NCBI GenBank assembly: GCA_012295275.1
Contig: CM022670.1
Span: 39,308,001 to 39,372,000 of the forward strand
Direction: 5' to 3'
Source: Chrysomallon squamiferum
Lineage: Eukaryota; Animalia; Mollusca
Length of the DNA: 64,000 nucleotides
The notes beneath the pieces were generated by a model. It had not been told where the DNA came from and ran no database searches. It was given only the letters and a program-made list of their open reading frames with translations. Positions 44,801 through 56,276 of this stretch are shown here, one piece after another. Within the stretch, counting starts at the first letter, position 1, and every line of letters begins with the position of its first letter. The position numbers and the translations under genes are program-made.

Positions 44801-47800
44801 TCAGTTTTTAACAGTGTATTCAGTGCCTATGTCGGGTCACTTTTTAACAGTGTATTCAGTGTCTATGACAGGTCAGTTTTAACTGTATTCAGTGTCTATG
44901 TCAGCTCAGTTTTTAACTGTGTACTCAGTGTCTCTGACAGGTCAGTTTTTAACAGTGTATTCAGTGTATGTCAGCTCAGTTTTTAACAGTGTATTCAATG
45001 CCTATGACAGGTCAGTTTTTAACAGTGTACTCAGTGCCTATGACAGGTCAGTTTTTAACACTATTCAGTGCCTATGACAGGTCAGTTTTTAACACTATTC
45101 AGTGCCTATGTTAGGTCAGTTTTTAACAGTGTATTTTGTCATAAATGTAAGTAATGATATTTCAAAATATTCATTTACCTTTTAGTAATAATGTTCTTTT
45201 CTTAGTTACCATAAAAATTTAAATTTGATTAAAAGCAGAAACCAATCTCAGTTATATTCAACAGTTTTTTTCCTTCTCTTTTGGTACACAATTTATCAGT
45301 TCATTTCTAGATATTTCATTAACATGTTATATTATTCCTCTTGTTATAATATACTTTCCTCAGTTACCATAAAGGTTTATATTTTATAACAATATAATAA
45401 AACTACAATCATATTCAACATCCTGAAATACAAGACAACAGATACTTGCAAGTGTAACTATAAAATTAACAGCCTGTATGTTTAAGTTATATATTAAATG
45501 CTAAATTTTTATTAGTTTTAATAATTTTTAAAGAATTTTGAAGATCAAAATCATCATAATCAGAATTATCATAAGTTGCTATTAGTCAGAGATCATGAAA
45601 AGAAAAAAAAAAAAAAAAAAAAAAAGACAATGATAATATTTTTGATGTTACTGTTTTTCAGTAGAAACACAGGCAGACTAAGAGCGTTTACAATAAAAGT
45701 ATGCTTGTCTCACCTGTGTGCTGGCAAGTTGATGGATAAACTCAGGTGTAAGTATGTAAATCTTGTACACAGATTAACTGTATTTATTCCTAAACTCAGG
45801 TGTAAGTCTGTAAATCTTGTACACAGATTAGCTGTCTTTATTCCTAAACTCAGGTGTAAGTCTGTAAATCTTGTACACAGATTAACTGTCTTTGTTCCTT
45901 GTGCCCTAAACCTCCAGGATTAACTTCTGATTGTGTACGCTGCCTTGAGTTTGACTTCTCTTGTTGTTAGTATAAATAGAATGTTTTGAAAGTTTACTCA
46001 TATTTATAATTTTTGCAAACTTAAATAAATGTAATTTTCGAGAATGTTAATGTTGTTTATTATGAATCCATTCATTTTGAAGAAAAAAAAACACCAATGT
46101 ATATATAAAGTTAAAACTCAATGTGATATAATCATTATATTCAATATTTCTTACATCATCATTGATAATTTAGCCACGTTGATTTGTTTGTTTGTTATAT
46201 AAGTAGTCTCTGATAAACGATTTACAGGTATTGCATGTTTGTAATGATCTTAATTACTGCACAAGAAGAATCATTTTATCATATCACACAAATATATATA
46301 TATATATATGTAATATATATCTCTAATGTTTCAACAAGTAGAGAAAACTGATAAAGGTTGATTTTTATACTTCTATAACTGGTCTGGAGATAAGGAACAG
46401 TATTATACTTACTGCATATATTAGGTATACAAAGTATTTCTGTTATAAGGATGAATTCTTATACTTCTATGACTTGTCTAGGAACAAGACATAGTATTTT
46501 ATTTTTCATATAAAGTATAATTATGTGTACAAAGAATTTCTATTATAAAGGTTGTATTTTACAGTTCTATAACTTGTTTAAAATAAAGTATGTTATTATG
46601 CATACAAAGTATTTCTATTATATTTATTATTATAAAGATAATTAGTCTGTGTAATTTATATCTTTATACTGTTGTAAATGTGTTTTTAATCACTTGTTAC
46701 CTACATAATAATATTTACATCATAGTACAGTCAACACAGGTGACTATGTTATTACTAGTATAGTTGTGTCTACATCATGATGCTGTATTTGTTTTAGATA
46801 TCTTCACACAGTTGTCAGACTCCAGTGGCTACTTGATATGGTCGAGATTTGAGGAATATCTACACGATCTTCTAACATTACCTACAGCAGTGTTCGAAGG
46901 ACCCTCGTTTGGTTACAACCAAACAGCTGGCCGAAGCTGTTTTGATCCGGTACACTGAAATAATACTTGTCATTTGAAACTTAATCATTTACACACGTTT
47001 TTATATTAACAGTAGCAATATTAATTATCTTTATTTTTAGACTAATATTATGATTATTATCCTTCTTTGATTAGTTTTGAATATTTTTATGTATAGTCCA
47101 ATCTAATTTTTTTATTTCTTAATTAAAGTTAAATTAATTTGATGTCACTTGGTTCTAGTGATGGTAATGACAATAGCAATGCAGCCTTCTGATTCTAAGG
47201 AACTAGGATTTTATTTTAATTTTTTTTCATTTAGTTATGTGTGTTGAATACAGTTTATATATTTTTGTGCAGTTATTAGGTTTTAAATCAATTTTATAAT
47301 CAATCTTTGTCTATAATAAAGTTATGATAATAAAACAAGATGAAGGATGATGCTATAAGGTTGTCATTTTTCTCTTTTTTTATTTTTTTTTACCTTTTGG
47401 GGGTTAAGGTAATTTAATACATAGAAATAAATATATATATATATAAAAAAAAAAAAAAAAAATAAACTAAATAAACTAAATAAACTAAATAAAATAAAAT
47501 AAAATAAAATAAATAAATATGGATAATAATAATAATTTAAAAAAATAATAATATTAAATACAAAATTTAATGATAAAAAAAAAAAAAAAAGTCAGCTAGT
47601 CTGAGTAAATCATTGCAGTCTGCAATCCTCAGTCTGTGGGGCATTTTTCACATTTGCATGATCATCAAAACTAAACGACAAGCTTGTTATCTACCTTTTC
47701 TTTATCTGATTGTCAGAAACCAATGTACAGATTAAATAAAATAAAACAATTAATTGGAACCATTTTCAAAATGTATTAAAGCTGTTGAAATCACAACAAA

Positions 47801-48856
47801 AACATAGAATAAAATATTTCATCTGTTACAGATGTGGAAATATATTCTCACAGTGACAGTAAGCTCAGGGTATTTAATTATTGACATTTTAAAAGCATTC
47901 TCTTTTCAACTGTTCTGTATGTAACATTAATATTTGATCAGCTCAGTTTTGATGATGATTTTTTTGTTTTTTCAGAATTCTCATGTGTGATCCTGGACCC
48001 CATGTTTTTCTCAATTCCTGTTCTCATCAGAATGTGGGTAGATCCTGGTCCCCATCCAGTGTTTCTTTTGTCATGGTGGTTTCTTACCTATTCTCATCAG
48101 AATTGTCCATTCTAGAAAAGTGGCTAAGACTTTAACCCTGATTCCTGATTTGTGTGTTTTGGGTGAGTTCTTTTGTCAGTACCAATGGCAGACATGCTAA
48201 AATATTTCAATACCAAACAAGTTTCTTTAAAAATTAAATAATTTTTGTTAAATTTTCAAATTTCAAATTTAATTTGGGGGATGTTTTCTTTTTTTCTATC
48301 ACAGTTTTAATCTTCACCTTAAATAACACTGGCTTTTTATGATATTCTATGCACTGGTCCAGAAAAATGCAAAAATCTGGGAACTCATAAATGTAAACAT
48401 CAACCTAAAATGTACTGAAACATTAAACTTTAGTACACATATATAATTCCAAATTTATATATATATACACAAAAGTAATATAAACAAATATATTCAACAA
48501 TATTTGTTAAATGGTTGTGGATGCAATTGTAAACTCTTAATGATGGAAAAAAGCAATGCATATTAAAGCAGTATTAATCATATGTGGAACTCAGAAAACT
48601 TTATAGTAGGCAAAATTTGGATGAAGTTTGTTAAATTTATTTATTTTATTTTTGTCTGTTTATTTATTTTTTTTAAGCAAAGCACTTTATTTAAAACACT
48701 TTATCTTTAAACACATTTAACTGATATTTAAATTTTTATTTTATTTTTATTTTTTATTTATTTTATTATTTATTTGTTATTTTCTGTTCCATTTATTTAT
48801 TTATTTACTTATTTACTTGTTTATTTGTTTATTTATTTATTAGTTTATTTTTTTGT

Positions 48857-48903
<47 letters not shown>

Positions 48904-51900
48904 TTTGTTTACTTATTTATTTATTTATCTGTTCCAGTGTTGCACCCAGTATTGTGTGAGGGTTGTCATCGGCAGTCTTTCACTGGTTTCCGCTACAAGT
49001 GTCAGCGCTGCTTCAACTACAACCTGTGTCAGGACTGCTTCTGGCGCGGTCGAACGTCCGGCAACCACCACATCGACCACGAGATGAAGGAACACGCGTC
49101 TTATGTTGGTAGCATTGGTTTTGTTCACAGTCAGATTTAAAATATATGCATTTATATAACTTTAATGTCACAGAAACAAGCTGAATTCAAATCTCTGGAA
49201 TGTCCAGTGTGTGTGTGTGTGTGATTAAGTCAAAGATATTTTACGTTTTTCTTGTAGATGAAAAAAATTTAATGGAATCGCAATCTGTAAATTTTAATGG
49301 TTTAATGATTGGTGATTGTTTTGTGGTGTGAACTGTTAATGAATTTCTTCATGTAAACTGTTCCTTCATGATGCAGATTATTGTTTTAATTCAGTAAACT
49401 GTTTGGTGCTTGTTGTTTTGTTTATGAAATATCAGTTCACTTATTATTCAGGCAACTGTTATGAACTGTTTTGTGAATAGAACATAAAACTAGATTTGGT
49501 GAGGCCTGTGCTATATATAAAGCCCTGAGCACATGAACACTTTTGGTTTAAAATTAAACCAGCAAAAAAGCTTGAAAATATATGTCTTTAAATTATTTAA
49601 CAGCAAAGTGAACAGTACAAATTATTTTCAAATGAAGGCAGCTACTGATTACATGTTGATATTAAGAATAATTATAAAATCCAATCTGGAACTGTCTTTT
49701 AGTCCCATGCAGATTGTGTGTGTGGCTTTAAGCTGTACATTGTTTAGCTTGTACCTAAATCTACACTGGATAAAACATTCAGTGTCTGGCTTCAGAGATT
49801 ATTTTCATTAATAATTCTGATTATTAAATCAGAGAAGATGGTCATATTTTATGATATTATTCAAAATTGAGAGTAAATATAAAAATAATAAGAAATAATA
49901 ATAACAAAAGTTACTTTATTTAGAAATCGAAATAAAAAATTTTGAAACATTATTTCAGGTCATTGGGATTTAAAGAACTAAAACTAGTTTCTTATATAAA
50001 TTAACAAATTGTTTTTCTTGTTTTTTTTAAATTTTAGAAAGTAAATGAAGGATTATAATGATTTAGTTTTGTTTTGCTTCAGAAATCGCAGGCCAAACAG
50101 ATAGGTCACTCTATACGCAAGTCTTTCCAGTGTACTCCAACACGATCCAACCAAAAAGTCCCACATTTTCCAGAGGCTCCAGAAAAAACCATAGATCTCT
50201 CATACATTGTGTGAGTGCTGGAAGTCTAGATTATTTCATCTTAAGTTGCATATACTTTATTCAAAATTGGAATCTTTATACAAGTGCATATTTGCATTTC
50301 TTATTTTTTTTTTATTTAGATTAGGCATACGGTTTAAAAGTTAGTACATAAGACTAAATGCATTGAATTTTTTGAACTTTCATATATATATATAAATTTG
50401 TCATCATTGATTAATGGATTTTTTTATTGATCTATATTTTGGTTCAAATATTTTTCTTTTAGAGAAATTATAATTTAAATTTAATGAAATTTAAACTGCA
50501 TTCTTCTGAGCATCACAATTATTATCTTTACTTGCAGTTATTATCTTTCTGTTTAGTAAATTATTTCTCATGTTTTATTATTAAAATTAATTTATTTTTT
50601 ATGTCCTTTTTACAATGCAGCTGCCACTATTTTAATAATAACTAAAACAATTTTAATATGCTAATAGTTCTGTTTTACTTTAATTTTTAACAGTATTAGA
50701 AGTGTATTTATCACTTATACCCATTTTAATTTTAATTTTAATTTTAATTTTAATGTTCCAGACCACCGACACCTGTACCAATACACAATGGTTTTCCAGA
50801 ACATCCCATCATCACCTCCACAGCTGAAGTGTCTTCCTTAGAGAGCAGTACCATGTCTAGAAGGTACATTTCCACATACACACATACATTCACACAGACA
50901 CACCCACACACGCCATTTTAATCAGTAGAGATGTACAGTGTATCTTCAGTTGTTTTCATAAATGGATCGGTGCTTGCTTTTTCGAGCATGAGAAATGATA
51001 ACCAGTTCTCAGTTTTACATCCACAGAGAATAGTAAATGCACAAACACAATGCTGAAATCTGGACTAGCTTTATGCATCAGCAAAATAAACAGTCCTGTT
51101 TAGTTTGGTTTTAATGTGATCAGCCGTCATAAGCCATTTTCTTCAAGAATAGCAAATTCCTTTTCAAAATAGAACTGTTCAAATATTATTGTTTGGCTCC
51201 ACTTACTTCTGCAGTGCTATTTTTAGTTTGAGACGTTTTTCTCTTACACATTAGAAATAGAAATTTTTTTTTTTTTTTTTTTCAAATCCACTGATTTCCC
51301 TGGAGGTCTGTGCTCCAGAGCTTGATACTCTGTAACATGAAAGGACTGGAATCACTTTATAGTGGATCACTCCCCTTTGGACTCGTAGGTTGTAGCAACA
51401 AGTAGGATTAATCATTCTATAGTGGAGGAGAGAGCTTAGGTAGATAGAAATTCATAGTACATAATTTTCTTTCTAAAAGAAAGATGAATATTAAAAATTC
51501 ACTTCTTTCTAAATGGTAAAGTTAGTAATACAGGATGGTTCATATGTAACACGGCATCATATGATTGAAATGAAATTAGTATTTTTTATTTTTGTTTTAA
51601 TGTAATTTGTAAATACACTGAATGCTCTGAGTACCTTGTAAATCTTTTCTAAATATTTAAAAAGATAGATATGTAATGTATGTATATTTTTTGCAGCATT
51701 AATTCACTGTTCCATACTTAAGAACTCTTCGGAATGGTGGCAGTTCCTTTCTTATACACCTATTAGAAAATGACATTATTGTTTATATTTAAATGTTATT
51801 TTTTTTTACATCAGATTGACCCGAATATTTGAAAACAAATTACCTAAACAACATTCTTTTCACTTGCTTATCAACATTTTGCAAAAAAAAAAAAAAATTT

Positions 51901-52515
51901 AAATAAAAAATGTGTTTGTTGTAAAATAACCATTAATTCAGAAATGTTTTGCTAAACATGCATTCATTCACTCATCAAAGAAATGACACCACTTTCAGTT
52001 TACGCTGAACAGAAAATAAAGATCTGAGGATCACACAGACTCCAGGGATTAATGTAGCTTTATCTTATCACAATTTGATATCACAAACACAAAGTCACCA
52101 GAGGGTAGCATTGCTGACTTGTGTTTATCTCGATATCACTGGTTTTACTCCTCCTGTTCCCCAGGGAGACATTCCAGTGAAGAAATCATATCACCAAGTG
52201 TTTGTCTTACTCGAACAAGAGTTATTGGATTACACATCAAACCGATGGGGGCAGGAAGTAACAGGGGAAATAACTCCTATCAGTTTATGGTTGTCATCTT
52301 CAAATAAATAAAAATTTACTAGGAATTACATTTTTTTTTTTTTTTTTTAAACTATAGTTTATTTATTAACTGTTATGAAAAGTGTTATTTTTTATCTTTT
52401 CTTTATCCACAGTCCAAATAAACTGAATTCCAGCTCAGATTCGTATCCAGTTGATGATGAACATCGACTCATAGCTAGGTATGCAGCCCGACTAGCTGCT
52501 GATAACACCAATGCT
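28124..52515 (+). CDS. DTNB: Dystrobrevin (DTNA/DTNB homologue), 5' part; C-terminal coiled-coil exons not found in the window
   Basis: Exons 28124-28199 (candidate first), 38841-38933, 41964-42044, 42686-42899, 45662-45747, 46798-46949, [disrupted ~47976-48122], 48938-49104, 50083-50210, 50762-50863, 52413-52515. Signatures: [49 protein letters not shown] finger, [15 protein letters not shown]. No WW domain or spectrin repeats, so dystrobrevin rather than dystrophin. The symbol is nominal; an invertebrate gene would be co-orthologous to DTNA and DTNB. Confidence 0.93.
30290..30690. repeat. Old degenerate tandem repeat (~50-100 nt)
   Basis: Recurring CATTTGTTTAGATGTAATAT...AACAACATTGTTATAAAATA. 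Confidence 0.7.
33700..34000. repeat. Degenerate ~31-nt minisatellite
   Basis: Recurring ACTTTCATACTGTTGCTATCTTTTGTGGTTA. Confidence 0.7.
38841..38933 (+). CDS. DTNB: Dystrobrevin exon (...[22 protein letters not shown])
   Basis: RQL..DM resembles vertebrate RQLFAEM; TTTTCAG acceptor, GTAAGT donor. Confidence 0.85.
39880..40720. repeat. Degenerate tandem repeat (~70-140 nt units with variable poly-T), dystrobrevin intron
   Basis: Core AAGGCAAGAATGATTTTCATGAAATATGATGGTTGATA.CTTTAAATG recurs about 8 times. Confidence 0.88.
41964..42044 (+). CDS. DTNB: Dystrobrevin EF-hand region exon
   Basis: [26 protein letters not shown], 81 nt. Confidence 0.95.
42686..42899 (+). CDS. DTNB: Dystrobrevin EF-hand region exon
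   Basis: [17 protein letters not shown]...[11 protein letters not shown], 214 nt; end taken at the first of many identical donors. Confidence 0.92.
42881..45135 (+). repeat. Minisatellite of 33-36 nt units (about 65 copies) containing the exon 3' end plus splice donor
   Basis: Consensus TATTCAGTGCCTATGACAG|GTCAGTTTTTAACAGTG; the first unit overlaps the last 19 nt of exon 42686-42899; copy number estimated from length. Confidence 0.97.
45662..45747 (+). CDS. DTNB: Dystrobrevin exon
   Basis: [28 protein letters not shown], 86 nt. Confidence 0.92.
45737..45899 (+). repeat. 54-nt tandem repeat x3 spanning an exon donor
   Basis: TAAACTCAGGT|GTAAGT.TGTAAATCTTGTACACAGATTA.CTGT.TTT.TTCC. Confidence 0.93.
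46350..46640. repeat. Degenerate ~90-100-nt repeat x3
   Basis: ATAAAGGTTG.ATTTTTATACTTCTATAACT.GTCT...TACAAAGTATTTCT recurs. Confidence 0.65.
46798..46949 (+). CDS. DTNB: Dystrobrevin exon
   Basis: [10 protein letters not shown]...[13 protein letters not shown]...CFDP. Confidence 0.94.
47976..48122 (+). other. Scrambled dystrobrevin exon (expected ...DPGPQC..WLPILHR...), frameshifted as assembled
   Basis: Good acceptor, but the frame gives NSHV*. Fragments DPGP (twice), QC, LPIL and LEK lie in different frames. Confidence 0.7.
48938..49104 (+). CDS. DTNB: Dystrobrevin ZZ zinc-finger exon
   Basis: [36 protein letters not shown]...HEMKEH, 167 nt. Confidence 0.96.
50083..50210 (+). CDS. DTNB: Dystrobrevin exon
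   Basis: [15 protein letters not shown]...[15 protein letters not shown], resembles KSPAKKL...FP..PEKPL.L.HIV. Confidence 0.9.
50762..50863 (+). CDS. DTNB: Dystrobrevin Pro/Ser-rich linker exon
   Basis: [11 protein letters not shown]...SSTMSR; phase 2-2, CAG/GT boundaries. Confidence 0.8.
52413..52515 (+). CDS. DTNB: Dystrobrevin syntrophin-binding exon
   Basis: [17 protein letters not shown]; donor GTAAGT, phase 0. Confidence 0.93.
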
Positions 52516-53467
52516 GTAAGTAAACATTTTTATAACACACATCATCATCATACACTGTACTAACAGACAAGAAACAGAGCAGTTTCACCACAAAGAAAGC
52601 GAACAAAGCTTTTGTCACATAGAAATATGTGTTGTTAAGATCCTTGTCCAATGTCCATCACATCACTGATTTTTTGTAAGTATTATTTATTATGTGCTTT
52701 AATAACTTCCACATCATTATCTCTGTAACAGTATTCTTAGATTGACCTGCACTGGCTGTAAGCCTCTCATAATCACTTTTCTTTATACTTTAATAAAGCA
52801 TTGTGTTTTACACTTCATGGACTAACAAAGATCTCCAGCGTCAGGTGATTTTACAACTTGTCTGAAACTTAAAACACTTGAATGTGTTTTGATTGGCCTC
52901 GTACAAATCATATTAGTTTTACATCATCATTTGATGATGCTTCTTCATTGATTTCCAGTTAATGATGGAGATTGGTGATTGTCTTCTGTGAGTAACAGTG
53001 ATAAGTTTGTAGACTTGTTAATCTTTTCCTGTTCCTGAAACCAATTTGTTTGTGATAAATTTAAAAAGCAGTTAAAATATTTCTTTGAAAGGTATGATTA
53101 AAAGTGATTTTTATGTCACAGTCATTATAATACAATCCAAATTCTAATCATGTATACTAACTAATACATTATATTAAGGAACATCCATGCTTTGTGTGTG
53201 TACATGTATTTATGTTGCATGTGTATATGTAAAATTGTTGTCTAGGCAGTCATGGCTGTAACATTACCTGATGAATCTTTCAGGACTAAAATATAAAGCA
53301 AAGTGTTTTTTTTTTTAGAATTGTGATGTTTTGAGGGGTTTTAGCTTTGAATGATACATTGTAAATTTTAATTAAATATTTGGATGTATTAAAATATTTT
53401 GTTTACAGTGGTAACAGGAGGTAAACATCTACTACAGCTTTACTGTTGCCCATTTTCAATGATTTGT

Positions 53468-53572
53468 AACAAGCAATCCTTTTTATATATACCTTCCCAC
53501 TGCAAGACACATAACATGTTCTTTGGTAAACCAGTCCTTGAGTACTAGCTTGAATGGTAAATAGCCCAGCCA
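53468..53572 (-). mobile_element. Degraded SINE-like fragment (Nin/Deu-domain-like core)
   Basis: Reverse complement reads GGGCTATTTACCATTCAAGCTAGTACTCAAGGACTGGTTTACCAAAG...GTGGGAAGGTATATATAAAAAGGATTGCTTG. It resembles 19700-19820 and, from memory, the molluscan Nin-SINE core. Confidence 0.5.
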
Positions 53573-55659
53573 TGTTAGTAAGGAAAACTGAACTTGCAGC
53601 CAGTAACACCTTGGGCAAGAATTTAAACTATTGAAACGTCAGCTATCTCATTTTCAATGTATCTATAACAGATTTCTTGGTTTCTTACTGTTGTGTTACT
53701 GCTTCTTATCTTGCTATTTACTGCTCAGGTTTTGTCCTGTTAGTCTGTCACAGGATAAAATAAACAGGATGTCTGTAGACTAAACATGATTTGCAATAAT
53801 ATTTTGATGGCAGCCTCACATCTAAAACCATGCACTTGACTGACTGATGTCTCTGTAAAGCTTGGAGTTATTTTAATACCTGCTTTTCATCAGCTGATTA
53901 AATCAGTTTTTCTCAGACTTTGTTTATCTCAGGTTGTTCAGAACTAATCCCACCTTGAACTTGTGAGAGGTAATTTAATTACTGACAGCTTTTTTTTTTG
54001 TCACAGGATTTCAAAAACGGTCTTAGGTTGTTGTCTTCTTCATCTTTTGTATGATTACTGACAGTGCAGTGACAGTGGAAACTGGATAAAAAAAAAGAAA
54101 AAAAAAAAGAAAAACAAAAAAATGTCATAATACATCAGTTTTAAATGGAAAAGTTTCTGCAGTTAAATGAGATTGCATCCCAGTACTGATTCCAAATCAA
54201 ATACAAACAGAAACAGTAAAATTCTAAGTCCTGTCTTATCTGTATTTATTTCTCTAATATATTTAACACTATTTTCATTGACAACTGAAGCTCATATTTT
54301 TTGGGGGGTCCAAGACATGCATCCTTAAACCTTCAGTGGCTAAGAACATGTTTTGAAAGGACTGTTTTTCAGTGGTTTAAATAATCTCCCGAATCTATAC
54401 ATTGCTTGATTATTTATTTATTTATTTATTTTTATATTTTTGTTTTAAGAAAGATGGAAGAGAGCAGTTCCTTGATTGTGACAAAATAATCTTTTCTTTG
54501 GTTTTAATGACAGTTGTTGGTAACATGATATGTGTACAGTTTTCTGAAAATAATCTGAGATTTTTATCATTCTTTGTTGATCTAGTATCATGAAGATATC
54601 AGATTCCAGTACCAGAACTGGTAACAAGACAGAACATTAAACACTATGTACTAGTACATTAAAAACCAAAATTTATTTCTTGTTTTACAATAAAATTCTT
54701 GAAAAATATTAAATTAATGACCCTAAAGTCTAATTTCTTAAGCTTAAAGCTCGAAGTGCTTTTTCAGCAAGCCATAACCATTATCCTGAACAGATATTAG
54801 TTTCTGTTTTGAAACTGCCTGAATTAATGTTGGATGCATAATATATTCGTGGCATATAATGTTCTGAATACTATATAAACATCACCAATAAACAGTTTGA
54901 AAATATTCCTGTAAATACAGTGCAGCAGATAACAGTAATCATACAAATATGTTAATGCAGTATTTATGCAGCTACCAGAAATACTAAAAACAACAAAAGC
55001 GATGCAGTGGATAACAATAATCACAAAAGTATTATTACAGTACAGATAAAAGAAGCTGAGTTTATTTAATAATTAACAAGTTTTGTATCTGATTTGTGTT
55101 TTAGAAAAATAACAGTTTACTCAGTAACGGTTAGATATTCATTACAAAAAGTAAAAATGATTTGCAGCTTATGTTGTTTTGTTGAACTCTGTATGTTTTT
55201 GAATGTATAGTAAAGTAAATCATAAAATGTTGACATGAAATACTATAGTGGCAAATATAAAAAAAAAAAAAAAAAAAAAAAAAAGATTAAAATAGACTAA
55301 TTAGGGCTGGTTTATTACATACAGTATACAAGAAATATCAAGTATGGTTTGAGCATTTGATATATCAGTAATTCGAGTGGCATTGATTTTTCTATTTTAT
55401 TTTGTTGTGTTTTTTTTTTTTTTTTTTGTGGGTGTTGTGGCTTATTTAATATTCTTCTAACTTTTTTATTTTTTTATTTTTTTTTTACACCAGCAGATGA
55501 AAAAATAAAGAAATTGATTTCACATAGCTTATTTATTAAATCCATTTAAAAAAAAAAAGATGTATGAATTAATTATTCATTAATTGTTATTTATTTCTTC
55601 CTTGATTGGTTTTTTGTATTTGCGAAGAGAAATAGTTTTATTTTTCTAATTAAAGACTC

Positions 55660-56276
55660 TGTAAGTATGTATGTATGAATGTATGTAAGTATGTATGTAT
55701 GTATGTAAGTGTATGTATGTATGAATGTATGTATGTATGTATGTATGTATGTATGTGTGTATGTATGTATGTATCTATGTATGTATGTATCTATATATGT
55801 ATGCATGTATCTGTGTATCTATGTATGTATGTATGTATGTAAGTATATACATGTGTATGTGTGTATGTATCTCTGTATGTATGTCTGTATGTATGTGTCT
55901 GTATGTATGTATGTATGTACATGTGTATGTATGTGTGTGTGTATGTATGTATGTATGTATGTTTGTATGTATGTATGTATGTACATGGGTATGTATTATG
56001 TATGCATGTATGTATGTATGCACGTATGTATCTGTATGTATGCATTCATATGTATGTATGTGAGTATGTACATGTATATGTATGTATACATGCATTCATG
56101 TATATATGTATGTATGTATGTATGTATCTATGTATGTTTATGTATGTATGTATGTATGTTTTTGTATTATGTAAATACATATGTGTATATGTATGTATGT
56201 ATGTATTATGTAAATATAATATGTATATGTGTATGTGTGTATGTATGTATGTATGTACGTATGTATCTATGTGTGT
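55660..56276. repeat. (TATG)n-rich compound microsatellite
   Basis: Direct reading; source of the MYVC/HTYI pseudo-ORFs. Confidence 0.95.

Noticed and set aside
42881-45135. CRISPR-like array of ~36-nt repeats
   Set aside because: Units are contiguous with no unique spacers, there are no cas genes, and the context is a eukaryotic intron.
48905-49128. Alternative-frame and antisense ORFs over the ZZ exon
   Set aside because: Shadow ORFs of a GC-rich coding exon.
28124-52515. Dystrophin/utrophin assignment, or calling the gene a pseudogene
   Set aside because: There is no WW or spectrin region and the motifs are dystrobrevin-type. The other recognised exons are intact and in phase, so the single broken exon more likely reflects assembly error.
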